Shown one piece after another: positions 1-11,217 of a stretch of 64,000 nucleotides of DNA. The DNA comes from Lytechinus pictus (lineage: Eukaryota), in contig NC_087245.1 in the NCBI RefSeq assembly GCF_037042905.1, positions 7,504,001-7,568,000 on the forward strand, read 5' to 3'. Each line of letters starts with the position of its first letter. The stretch's first letter is position 1. Both the position numbers and the translations under genes were made by a program. Below the pieces are notes generated by a model. The model saw nothing but the letters and a program-made list of their open reading frames with translations, did not search any database and was not told the origin of the DNA.

Positions 1-1428
1 ATGTATGAAGTGCCATTGAAATTAACCCAACCCAACCCCCAATATATATACACTATATACATGTATATATATATTTTTTTTTTAACTGCCGAAGTGATTG
101 ATTCAATTTAGAAAAAAAAAATGTTGAATAATAATTGCTCTGAATTATATTGTGGAAACCGACAACTCCTTTTTGATAACTTTGTTTGTACCGTTTCGTC
201 TCTATAATTTCTTCAACAAGCAGCATGAAATATATTTTTATAATATTAAGCAAATAAGTTTGTGTGGATTATTTTCCCAAGTTTTGTTCATCCTATAACA
301 TCATCCAATAACTAATGGGATTCCATTTTTTTCTAATTCCTTCTCCAATCCAAAATACTTCACTTGCTGTTTCCCTTGCAACCATTTGATATGAAATTCA
401 TATATCACCATTACGATCATATTGTGTGATATTTCCCCTGATACTATGGGAATGCTTTCAAATCTACCACGTGGGTAAATGCTTGAATGGCTCTTACTCC
501 TGCTTCCTTTGCCTTTCATAATCATTCTCCATGAAAATGTTTCATATGGCACCTCATCATCAACCCCCTTGCCCACCGATCCCAACCATAATGTATTACC
601 CCTGATTACTGGTTGATTCCCAATGGTTTCCTGTGGTACTATTCCTATCAATCTCCATCATCTCCACCAATGCCATCAACATACCCACCATCATCATCCA
701 TCATCTGCAATGTTCCTGCTGTTTCACCATCATACCATTCCATGCAACCACCTGTGAAACCACCACCTGTTACCACCACTGCTTTACCCCGGTACCACCC
801 ATACCCTATAGCTGCGCATGGAAGCAACCAAGTGTGGTGATCAGGACACCGGTGGTGGGGAGGAAAATGCCCTCGATCAGGTATGCTAACATTATTAACT
901 CATAAAATTTCATTTTGGTATGTTAAGTGAAAAGGGTGCCAATGCTGTATAGATATAAACATTATATATTTCAATGCAGACATAATATAGCTCATAATTG
1001 CTTTTGTATAGTCAGTTTAGCCATCGTATATCTCAAGCCTTTCACAATCATTCAAATCTCAAAGGACTAGCGAAAAGCATTTATTGGTATTGGTATACAT
1101 GTACAGTATGTTGATTCCACATCCCCCCTGCTTACATGATTTTTGGATGACACTGATATTTCAAATTCTATCTTCAATTTTTTTAGACCGTATGGAGGTC
1201 TGTTTGCTGTTGGTGTCTATTGAATTGCAGTTATGTCATGCAGTTTTTATTTTGAATTAGCTTACAAATTAATGTAAAGATATTACAAATGAAAGTATTG
1301 ATTGTTGAGTGCACAGTGCTATCTTCTACTATTTTTCATGAATTATTATACTGCCTTATTATATTCTTATGCATTATGATATATCAATATTTGCATGTAG
1401 ATATTTGCATATGAATATTTGTCATTTA

Positions 1429-1465
1429 CTCCTGAGGAAGACAAAGGATTGTTGAAAATTTGAGG
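1429..1465 (+). ncRNA. Minimal type-I hammerhead ribozyme-like motif of the Penelope-like-element type, probably decayed
   Basis: CTC-CTGAGGA-A-GACAA-agga-TTGTT-GAAA-ATTT-GAG: CUGANGA box at 1432-1438, 5-bp stem II, GAAA at 1454-1457, short palindromic stem III, 3-bp stem I (CTC/GAG), then AATAAA at 1471. Confidence 0.55.
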
Positions 1466-1536
1466 CGTTTAATAAACATTCGACTGGCAAAAGCATTAAC
1501 TGTTGTTTTTTTTGCATGTAATTAAAATATGCATAA

Positions 1537-1700
1537 CTGGGACCCATTTCATAAAGGACGTACAACTGTTGTAACTTTGCTACTATGGCAACTACTACCA
1601 TGGTAATAGGCCTCAGCAGCCAATCACAATCAAGATTTTCATGGTAGTTGTCATCATGGCAGCATTACCATAGTAATAACTATTCATGAAATGGGCTCCC
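1537..1700. mobile_element. MITE of a dispersed family with GGG..C(A/G)TTTCATAAA termini and an internal CCAAT
   Basis: Termini GGGACCCATTTCATAAA and TTCATGAAATGGGCTCCC. Related copies or fragments near 13554-13800, 16890-16963 and 26120-26274. Confidence 0.65.
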
Positions 1701-2014
1701 ATAATTGTGCTTACTTCTTTACAGGCACCTATGAATGCTTCAAAGGTATTCACTTTAATTTGTTACAGACAAGTTCTTCACTGTGTAACATGAACCTTAA
1801 TTAATGATCATATGGCTGATTTATTATGATCGGTGGCATTGATCATTATGCACAGTCAATTGTACATGTACATAAAAAATATGGTCAATCAGACTCAGTA
1901 AGTTTTGTGTTAAGGGCCACTTGGCATATTGTCATTTTAAACAAATGCAAACATAAAACTACAAAAAGCTGTACACCTTGTTATAAGGAATGCCTATAGA
2001 ATTTCCATTTATTG

Positions 2015-2139
2015 AATGGTGGATAAAAGAGCACTGTTGATTAAATGCCTTGCTCACGAGCATAGGTGTCGTGGCTGGGGATCGAACACTGGACTTTCAT
2101 TTCTAGTCAGGCGCCTTAGACCACTCGGTCACAGCACCT
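2015..2139 (-). mobile_element. tRNA-derived SINE (5' portion)
   Basis: Minus strand reads GGTGCTGTGACCGAGTGGTCTAAGGCGCCTGACT...GTTCGATCCCCAGCC...GAGCAAGGCATTTAATC, i.e. Pol III A and B boxes followed by a SINE core. No proper cloverleaf. Confidence 0.75.
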
Positions 2140-2169
2140 ACTTTTTTTTTGTTCTTGGTATTTGCCAAG

Positions 2170-4066
2170 TGCATTGAGAATAAGACAGATCCATACTCTC
2201 TTGTCTCAGGTGGCACATGATACCGAATATGCCAAGCTGATCGCTCTGAGTAGAGAGATGCATCGTCAGAGTGAAGAAGTACGTTATAAGCTCATCAACC
2301 AACCACAAGAGGGAGCCCTTGAGAAGAGCCTTGCTGGTATGACCATCAGACACTCATATACACACGGCAGTAAGTCATATTAGCTAGACCTAGCTTAGTC
2401 AACATAGGAAGGTTATCAACATTTTCAATTGATGACAATGATTGCCATTAATTCAAGTAGTAAAAGGATAATTTAGGAGAAAAGTGTTCCAAAATGACGA
2501 CTGAAGTTTGATTCTAATATGCTCATATGATGGATTTATTATGATATAAACTGGAATATATGTCTAACAAGTAAAAGTAATGGACTAGCAAGAAAGTTAT
2601 TGATTATGATTAATATTTTTCAATGTTTCTCTGTAGATGTACACAAACCAGAATTGAATGCAATTATTGATCTGTTTTATTTCCTAGACTCAATGGTGAG
2701 GGGACCACCTCCATTCACACTGGACTTTGAACGGTTGGACTCTGATGAGATGGGTGTCTTGAGCACTCTACCTAAGACTCCACCAAGGAAGCTAGACCCA
2801 GTCAAGGGGGCTGCAGCCTCACGGAGCAACGGAGGCTTGAGCAGGGCAGGAGCATTGAATGGTATCTCAGGCAGCGATACAGCTAATGGATATGCCATTA
2901 CAGACGGTCTGCTTGTTGGTCCAGGAATGAGAGATGGTCATGGTGGGGCTATGAAGCAGAGCAGTGGTGATGCCAGTAATCATAGAACAAAAGGTGGTGG
3001 TCCGCATCACCCTAAAAGGACTAGTGAGGAGAAAGCAACGGGTGGCGATAACTCAAAACTGATTGTGTTCAGTGGGAAAGACACAAAACAAACCTCGAAC
3101 TCTTTCAACTCGTCTTCATCAGCATCATGGGCGACCGGTAACAAAGGAAGGACCAAGGATCCTTCAGAGCCCAACTACCACTCAGCCAACGCTGCCCATG
3201 ACAAGAACAGACATCTCAGGAAGACTTTAGGACGAGAGAGTACCATGGATCTTATCCAAAGACAATATGGTAGATTTCTAACAGGTGTCAATGTTAACTC
3301 CCAAGGTGCACCTTCCTCATCAACCTCTAAATACCTTGACAGTATAGCAAAGTCAGTACCTAGTGGGAACTTTCCATCCTCTAAAGAGAAAGGAGCTGGT
3401 GTAACTAGATCAGCTAGTTTTGTGAATGAGAAGAGAATAGCTCCACTTACCAAGATGGGTGACCAAGCTGCAATCCTCAAACTAGCTGATGTAAAGGTGA
3501 GCTAATCATATTAATTTGAATAAAATGTGTCGATTGAAATGTATAACATAATTTTTTGAATATTTGTTTCTAGCTGATAATATGTTGGTATCAGTAAGAT
3601 TTTGTTAAATTTTATTGAGAAAATCTTCATTTATACAAAGTAACAATAAAGAATGCTGTTTAAACAGTTTTTAATATGATTTTTAGATAGCAGGGTTTTT
3701 ACACTGAAAATGCTTTCAAGATTATTTTAAGGGTTCTACGGCCATGAAAAGATTGATTGCTCAAGTTTGGTTGACATGTTAAACAAAGTTATTACCTAAA
3801 TTTAGACATATAGATATTTGTTTTGATTAAGTGAACAGAATTACTCATACCCCTTGGAATATTTCAGATTTTTTTGCATTTTGTATATTTGAAGTAATTG
3901 GAATAATTTCCACTTTGTTTATCATTCTTACTCATGCTGCCCCCTCTCCTCCATTTTGTCTGTCTCCTCTTTGACTCTCACTCTCTCTTTTACTTTACCT
4001 CTGTCTATTTTCCTCATTCTCTCAATCTTTTTGTTTTTATAGAAAAAGAGCAATTCATCTTCATGA
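2170..4066 (+). CDS. 3' coding exons of an unidentified protein-coding gene whose 5' part lies upstream; helical segment followed by a long G/S-rich low-complexity tail
   Basis: Exons 2170-2369, 2637-3496 and 4043-4066 have canonical AG/GT sites and consistent phases (1, then 0), ending KKSNSSS*. A further exon near 1725 is possible but uncertain. Candidate poly(A) signal AATAAA at 7307 is followed by a GT/T-rich element. Confidence 0.8.
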
Positions 4067-5575
4067 TACATCTATGCAGCCATCAATGAATTCCATGTAT
4101 TCAAGCAATCACTGATTTCAGACTTCATCCAAGCAGTCACATGCTCAGGAATAAGTTCTTCTATTAACAATGAATGACAAGTTACCTCACTCAAGAGCAA
4201 GCATTGATGTCGTCAAGCCAAGATTTGAATGAGTTTATTAGTTCTCTGGAACCTCTTATTGCCAGCAGTACTTCCTTTTGCCTAAGATACCACCTACATG
4301 TATGTACACAAACCAAAGATCATCTTCTCCTAGAGTACTCTATCAAGAATAGATGCAGATGTTTGGATAATTGCAGTCTGGAAATAACTATCATGTCCAT
4401 GAATGTTGCTTGGACCATGATCTCTTCAGAAACCATTCTCATGGCATGTTCATGATCAAGGAAAAGGATGCACAAAATGTCTTTCCAGCAAACTTCAGAT
4501 CCTCCTTGTCATATTACAATGTATTGAAAGATGCTTTTGGAGTATTTTGTCTTTCTTTTTTTTAAGTGACTTCACTTGGCAAGCACTCAGGAAAAAAACG
4601 TTTTCACCAGTTACTGTTCCCCTTTTTGTCTAAAAAGGGACATTGTATATACCTAGATGAAGAATAATGACAGCAGTGGCTTTTCATAGGTGAGATTAAT
4701 GGAATCAACTACAACTCTTGCCCTGATGTACTTTATTTTACTCCACCATATGTTCTATCAAATCTAAATATTTTATGATTAGAAATTGATTTATTGGTGT
4801 TAATAAACACAAGATCAAATATAAACAGTGAGCAATCCATTTTCTCACCCATTCCATATGATATGCTAAAGTATTACCAATGAAGCTAGACCAGGATATC
4901 TATTCAATTCTGTTATGCAATATGAGGTATTGATTTTTTATTAGAAATATTTGTTTAAGTGTTTGTTTGTTTTTAAATCTGAAATAAGAGCCTTGACTAT
5001 CTTTGTACAGCCTTGAATTTTATGAACAAATATGAGAGTATGTTTTGAAAGTATTATATTTGTTGTTAATTATCCCTGCTAGCTGTATATAATGTAAATA
5101 CTAGATTAGTTGTATATGTTACACAGTGAAGCTGAGCAGTTGTTAAGAAATATGTGTGTCTTGTACAAAATGGAACAAATATGTATTTATTAGTATTTAT
5201 TCAGAAAACTGAGAACAAAATAAGTACCAAGAAAATCTACTTTTATGATGATTATGCCCTTTTGTTCTTGGTATGTTTTTAGAAGTTTTATACATTTCAT
5301 TAGAAAGGTTTGAATGGATGCAGATGTACATTCCATCACTACAGGGGTGATGCTACTTCCATTTCTTCTGATCATGGAGCAATAAAAGCTATACAGTATT
5401 TCTCATGAACAAACCAACCAGGGTTAATTTCATATTGACCTTGATGGAAAAAAAATGTTTTACAATTAGTACAAAGCTTACTATGTATAATTATTTCCTT
5501 GACTCTTACATTGCTGATGTCATGACAGAGAGTAGGCAAAACTCAAAACACATGTATTTTATTGATAACAAACGT

Positions 5576-6377
5576 TTAGGTCCACTTTGGACCATTCTGA
5601 GAAAAATCATGTTTTTTATTCTCACTTATTGCAATATTCTCATGAGAAACTAAATTGTCATGATGTACTACCCTATCATTTCAACAAAAAAATGGGTATA
5701 AAAGAAATCTACCTGTCTTCAATTTTTTTCTATATATTTTTTTCAAAAATTATTGTGGACCTAACCCCTATTGCAAGCAAACTGAAATGAATCCAATCTC
5801 TTTTGAATGAAAAGGTGATTTTTCTTTGCCACTTTTATTCACATTTTAATGTGAATTTCAAATTTTCTTTGGTATCATCAGAGTGACTAAAAATCTATAG
5901 GTTTTGAGACAGAAAACAATAAAATTTATGAAAAATGGATCTAACCCCTTTTGACAAATGAGCTCTTCAAAAGAGTTTGGTTGCAAAAGGGGTTAGATCC
6001 ACTCCAAGAATTTTTGTTTTATTCTCCCATATTGCAATTCTTATGCGAAACTATGCGAAACAAAATTTTCATGATGCCCTACCATGTGAAATGTAAAATT
6101 GGGTATAAAAGAAATCTACCTGTCGTCATATTTTTTTAAATATTCTTTTCCAAAAAATTTCTTTGTGGACCTAACTCCTTTTGCAACCAAACTGAAATGG
6201 ACCTAAACCCCTTTTGAAAAAAAAGGTGATTTTTCTTTGCCATTTTGTTCACTTTTTATTTGGAAAATTCAACTTTTTTTTGGTATCATCTTAGAGCTTC
6301 TAAAAGTCTATACATTGAATCACAAAAATCAAATTACATGAACAATGGATCTAACCCCTTTTGCAACTGAGCTCTTC
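5576..6377. mobile_element. Two diverged tandem copies of a ~400-bp TIR element (MITE) in the putative 3' UTR
   Basis: Copies at ~5576-5968 and ~5970-6377 share internal blocks such as GGGTATAAAAGAAATCTACCTGTC. Copy 2 has TIRs AAGAGTTTGGTTGCAAAAGGGGTTAGATCCA and TGGATCTAACCCCTTTTGCAACTGAGCTCTTC. Confidence 0.7.
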
Positions 6378-7961
6378 AAATACAGTATAAGGGTAATATA
6401 AAGTTTGTGAAATACCCCATCCTCGACCAAAGTTTTAAAAAGTGTTTGATTATAAGTGATACAAAATTTTCTCTGGAATGTGAACAAAAGTTCTCAGATT
6501 TTATTGTATTTTGGTTTAAAGGGGAGTTTAAAATGGTTCAAATTTAATCAATGTTTAACTTTTAATAACTGTTGATCTTTAGCAGATGGTAAGAAATTAT
6601 GACATCGGGGTGGTATTCTCATATAGTTGTTTTTAAAGTAATAATAGGATTATAGAAAACAAAATGAGGTTCTCAGTAAATGTTTAATTGCACTAGCTCA
6701 AACTGAAATACTGAGGCCATATCATGCAGTGGTAGAAAATTTGTGAATGAAATAATCATTGAATTCTATTGATTGCAATGAACACCTTGAAGTTCCTGTT
6801 TTCACAAATAGATTGGCAAATTAACTTGGAATGACATTCTCTATCATTTCTATTTATTTTTAAATCAATAGATTTAAAATCTAGAAGTGGAAAGCAAATT
6901 CTCATGCTTCTATGTTAAAGAAAAAAAAAGGTGTCATTGACGTATATGCATTTTTATGCAAAATAATTGTTTTGTGCCTATAAAGACATACAGTATTTTA
7001 AAATATACAAACAGCATAATCTGTTGAAACATCTTGTGATACATTAGAAATCAGAATGAAGTATAAACTAGGAGTTGAATTTTGCACGTTGCTGCCTGCT
7101 TTGTTAATGTAGTAGGCTAAAGAAACTAGTACTTTTTTTTCTACCAACATTGATTGGTATGTTATATTTTTCATGGTCATTTTGGAGATAGATAACAAGT
7201 TTCCAAGCTCTGTGCTAAGATTGATGAACAAACTTCCGTACCACATAAATTTGAGAAACAGATATGAGAACTAATGAATATAAAAAATAAGTTGGAAATG
7301 TGTTCCAATAAAAGTATGTTTCTAAAATTTATTTATTTGTGATTTTTTTTTTGTGAGATGATGTTTTGTGATGATGATGATGTTTTGTGTGAGATGGACG
7401 GGGTCATGATTTGTTTTCATTGAGCTTTTCTTTCGATAGTACCATGTGTCCTGTGTAATTAGGTATATACATCTATTTCAAAGTAAGGAATGTGATAAAT
7501 ATATTAGATTGTAATAGAATTACAGTTGAAGAGAGAGTAGTGATGAAAGCTGATGAACGTTCAAAGAAATAGGGGGGGGGGTGAAAGGAAGGGAAGGGTG
7601 GGGGGAGAGAAGAGATAAAGAGACAGGAAACGATAGGGGAAGAAAAGAGGACATTGAATGAAATAAGGGAGGTGTAGAGAGTTAAAGGCATGGAAAGAGG
7701 CTGCAGGAGAGAAGGACCAATAGAGAAAGGAGGGTACTAAAAGAACCTTGGGGAATGGGAAGTGGAGGACCGTGGAGAGATGAAGAGAAAGAGAATAACA
7801 TTAAAAGAAAGAGGAAACAAATAAAGAACAAGCTTGTATTTGAAATTAGAAGATAATGAAAAAATGTAAATCGATGCGAACAATCAAGAAATTTTGATTT
7901 AACATTGACAACTTACGAGGAAAGCTCCTCACCCCCCCCCCCCCCTTATATTCAGCTTTAA

Positions 7962-8601
7962 CCCTAAATAGACTCGGCCGTCGATCGAGCAATTGTGACG
8001 AAATTTGGCATGCACGTTACCAATGGCATAATCTACAAAACTATAAGGTCAAATTCTGCGAAAAATCTCATTGCTAATTAATTATGCCAATTTATGCATA
8101 AAATGAAAAATTTGCTCCAATTAACTAAATGATGCCTCTAAAATGCAAATTTTTGGTACAAAGACTCTTCATAGGGATTTGATCAAATGAACTTTTAAAA
8201 AATTACTACATCACATTTCATTTCTTATGTATTTTATTGTTTTCTAAATTTCTTATGTATTTCTTTATTTTTGTTTTTTAATGTTTTTTTTCAATGGAAA
8301 TTGTCGGGGACTTTATTTTTACCATAAACAAGTTGGAATTAATTTATTTTGATCAGTAAAGGGAAAAAATAATGATACATTAATGAATTTTGGCTAAAAA
8401 CACTATTTGCATTGGATTTGTACTCAAATTCACGTTTTTGAGCAATTTTGTGCCTGCATGCACGAAATGTTGCGTAATATCAGAACCGCATACCCGGGGA
8501 TCGCAATTTTGGTCTCAAAAGTTACGCGAGACTCGAAAGTAAAAAGCGACACGTTAAAAACAATTTGCACAGCGGATTTATCGCAAAAAATGTCAAGGGG
8601 G
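7962..8601. mobile_element. piggyBac-type non-autonomous element
   Basis: TTAA|CCCT...GGGGG|TTAA boundaries, with TTAA at 7958-7961 and 8602-8605. No coding capacity. Confidence 0.6.
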
Positions 8602-9699
8602 TTAAAAGCAGTGCTAAGAGGGAAACGGTAGTTATATACGCTCTATATCCATCGAGCATCCGTCCACTGTGATTTTAGTATTGAAGTGAACAAGGGCAGA
8701 CGACGACGTTGACTCAAACGATCAGACGACTGCTACGTCGTTCTCGTTCACTGCTCCTAAAACTCTCCATTGTTTGCCCATTTTGTCCATTGTCTGGAGC
8801 GGATGAAAACGGATGGAGCCACCCCAAAATTTGCTTGTCCGCTGTATCCGTTATGAGTACGTTTTGTGTCCTTCGGCCAGTCCGGACCAGGCCTTAATAT
8901 AGGCCCTAATATAGGGCAATTTTAGGGTTTCGTTGCATTAGATTGCTATATTAGCCAGCACTCTTAGTTTCCTCACTTTGTCTTTTTTTATAATGTAGAG
9001 AAAGCCCTGTGCTACTATTTTATTTCAAAATTTGAATATTTTTATTTGATACCGTTAATGAAATCTTCATTCCGGCCTTCTCGCTGCGGAAGGTATCTTT
9101 GATTGCTAAATAGATAAGTTAATGAATTGGGAGAGTCAATGAATTGAATTGAACTTGAATTTTCACAAATGGTTGATTAATGAGTAAATGAATAAGCGAA
9201 CAGAAAAAAATGAATTGATGCATAAGAGAGTGTATAGGTATATTAAAAGATTAACGATAAAATTAATATTAAAATATCTAAATAAATTGATAAATAAGTG
9301 AATGAATTAATAAATAAATATGTAATTAAATATATAAATAAATCACATAAAATAAACTATAAAAATAATAAGCAGGATCCTTTCAAGTTCACCTTGAGAA
9401 AACATTCTTAACCTTCTTAAGTTTTTGAATCGATATTTTTGTTCACCTTGTCGTTAAACAAAAAAAAAATCCTAGTTTAAAACACAGCCCAATGCCCTCA
9501 ATAATGGGCGACCTTTTCCGCCCAAATCCTTTACTGACGTACAACTGCCTCTTATCTGAATGAAATATGAGCAACACCTACCCGACTCCCCCCCCCCCCC
9601 CCATCCCCGTTATTTACGTGTGTTTTTCCAACGAACTTTCGAATCTCCGGCTCCCCTCCGGCCCCGGTGATCCCCACCTGCACCACCAACAATAATTGT

Positions 9700-9790
9700 C
9701 TCCCTTACGCACATGCGCAAACTTCTTGAATAAGTTTCATTACGTCACAATATTAAGCGAGCACCGCGCTTAACTTTCAGCCAATCATAT
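9700..9790 (+). promoter_or_regulatory. Putative Pol II proximal promoter
   Basis: NRF1-like CGCACATGCGCA at 9708-9719, CRE-like TTACGTCA at 9740-9747 and CCAAT at 9781-9785, in a locally CpG-richer patch upstream of a strong splice donor at 10045. Confidence 0.5.
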
Positions 9791-9952
9791 TGCAGAAATC
9801 GGCCATATCATGATATTCGTGAAGAAACAATCGTTTCTAGCTCTAGCTAAGCGCAGGTGTATGTTTTTGTTATTCTAGCATGTTACTAAAATGCTTCATT
9901 CTTATTAAATTCCCCATACATTCGGAAGTCTTTGCATCTTGCTTGCTTCAAA

Positions 9953-11217
9953 ATGCCAAACAGATCTTCGAGAAAAAAAAATCCTTGGGCGATGTAGAAA
10001 GATAATCGGCAAAGGTTTTCGGAAGCTATGCTGTTGTTTACCAGGTAATGATTTTACTTGATCCACCAACGATCTATGTTTTTTTTTTATAATGGACTTA
10101 TTTTTTTAAATTTATTTACAGTATATATTTGATGACGGTCATGCCTACAGACTGGCCGCTGATGATTTCAAACTAGTAAGCTAATAATTTATCTTTAAAT
10201 ATATTTAGATTTACATTGTGTGCGGGAATAATTGAATGAATCCGACCGGGGCAATAATAAAACTATAGACGCTTGAATACGTATAATGTATACCGGTAAT
10301 GCATTATAAATAAAAAGATTATTATTATTATCATTATTAATATTATTATCATCATCATCATTATTATTATTTGCAATATCATCATCATTATTGTTATTAT
10401 CAATATCATTATTATTATTGTTGTTGTTATCTAGATCTTTCGATAATCTAATTTATTCTTTTTAAAACATATATCACAATTTAACGTCAATTTCTTTAGG
10501 AGAAAATTCGAATAAAAATTACCAAGCAGATAATTAATTCATCTATTACTATCTATTTCACTAATTTCAATAGAAACATTTAGATTATACATATATATCA
10601 CATCTAATATTTGTCAAATGTTTGATCTTGTAACATTACAAGAAATTACTCAAAACAGAATAATAAAATTATTATCATTTGATCTATCGCATTCCTGAAA
10701 GAGTACTCAAGTGAATGAATAAAAAATTAAGACAAAATAAAAAAGTAAATAAAACAAAAACCAGGTAAAATGAATAATAATGATAAATAAATAAACGAAT
10801 TAATAAATAATTAAATACGTTAATTAATTCATTCATAAATCTAGTCACTTGATTAATTAATTAGCTTGCTCTAAACAATTTTACTTTTTTTTATTTGATT
10901 TGATCTCCTCTCAGGTTTACATTTCATCTTGCAAATCCATCTCAGATTCTTTCTCAGTTTAAGGTAGTCTCCCTGATCTCTGCCAGGCAGACATTGCTAA
11001 TCTTAACAAGGATATCGACCCCTTTCCTACAAACCTCTCTACCAACAATGCCACTTGTTATGATGATAACTGCTTGAGTTGGCATTCCAGTTTGATATCT
11101 GGTAGCTCTTGTGAATTGGCTTCACATTTCAAGAACGATGACAATGACGATTACGTACATGATCGTTATGATGAGAGCATTGCGTGTAGCAGTAGACAAT
11201 CGATATGTCATCTTTAG
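9953..11217 (+). other. Candidate two-exon small gene (microprotein, pseudogene or lncRNA)
   Basis: caaaATG at 9953; donor CAG|GTAATG after 10044; acceptors at 10914 and 10963; 84-codon open frame 10963-11217; AATAAA at 11335. A continuous ORF requires one fewer A in the A9 run at 9973-9981. Confidence 0.4.
10317..10430. repeat. (ATT/ATC/GTT)n trinucleotide microsatellite
   Basis: Visible imperfect trinucleotide run. Confidence 0.85.

Noticed and set aside
2060..2139. tRNA gene
   Set aside because: A and B boxes are present, but there is no complete cloverleaf and it runs into a SINE core repeated elsewhere in the window.
4174..4565. ORFs downstream of the first gene's stop
   Set aside because: They lie in the presumed 3' UTR after the in-phase stop at 4064-4066 and have no recognisable protein features.
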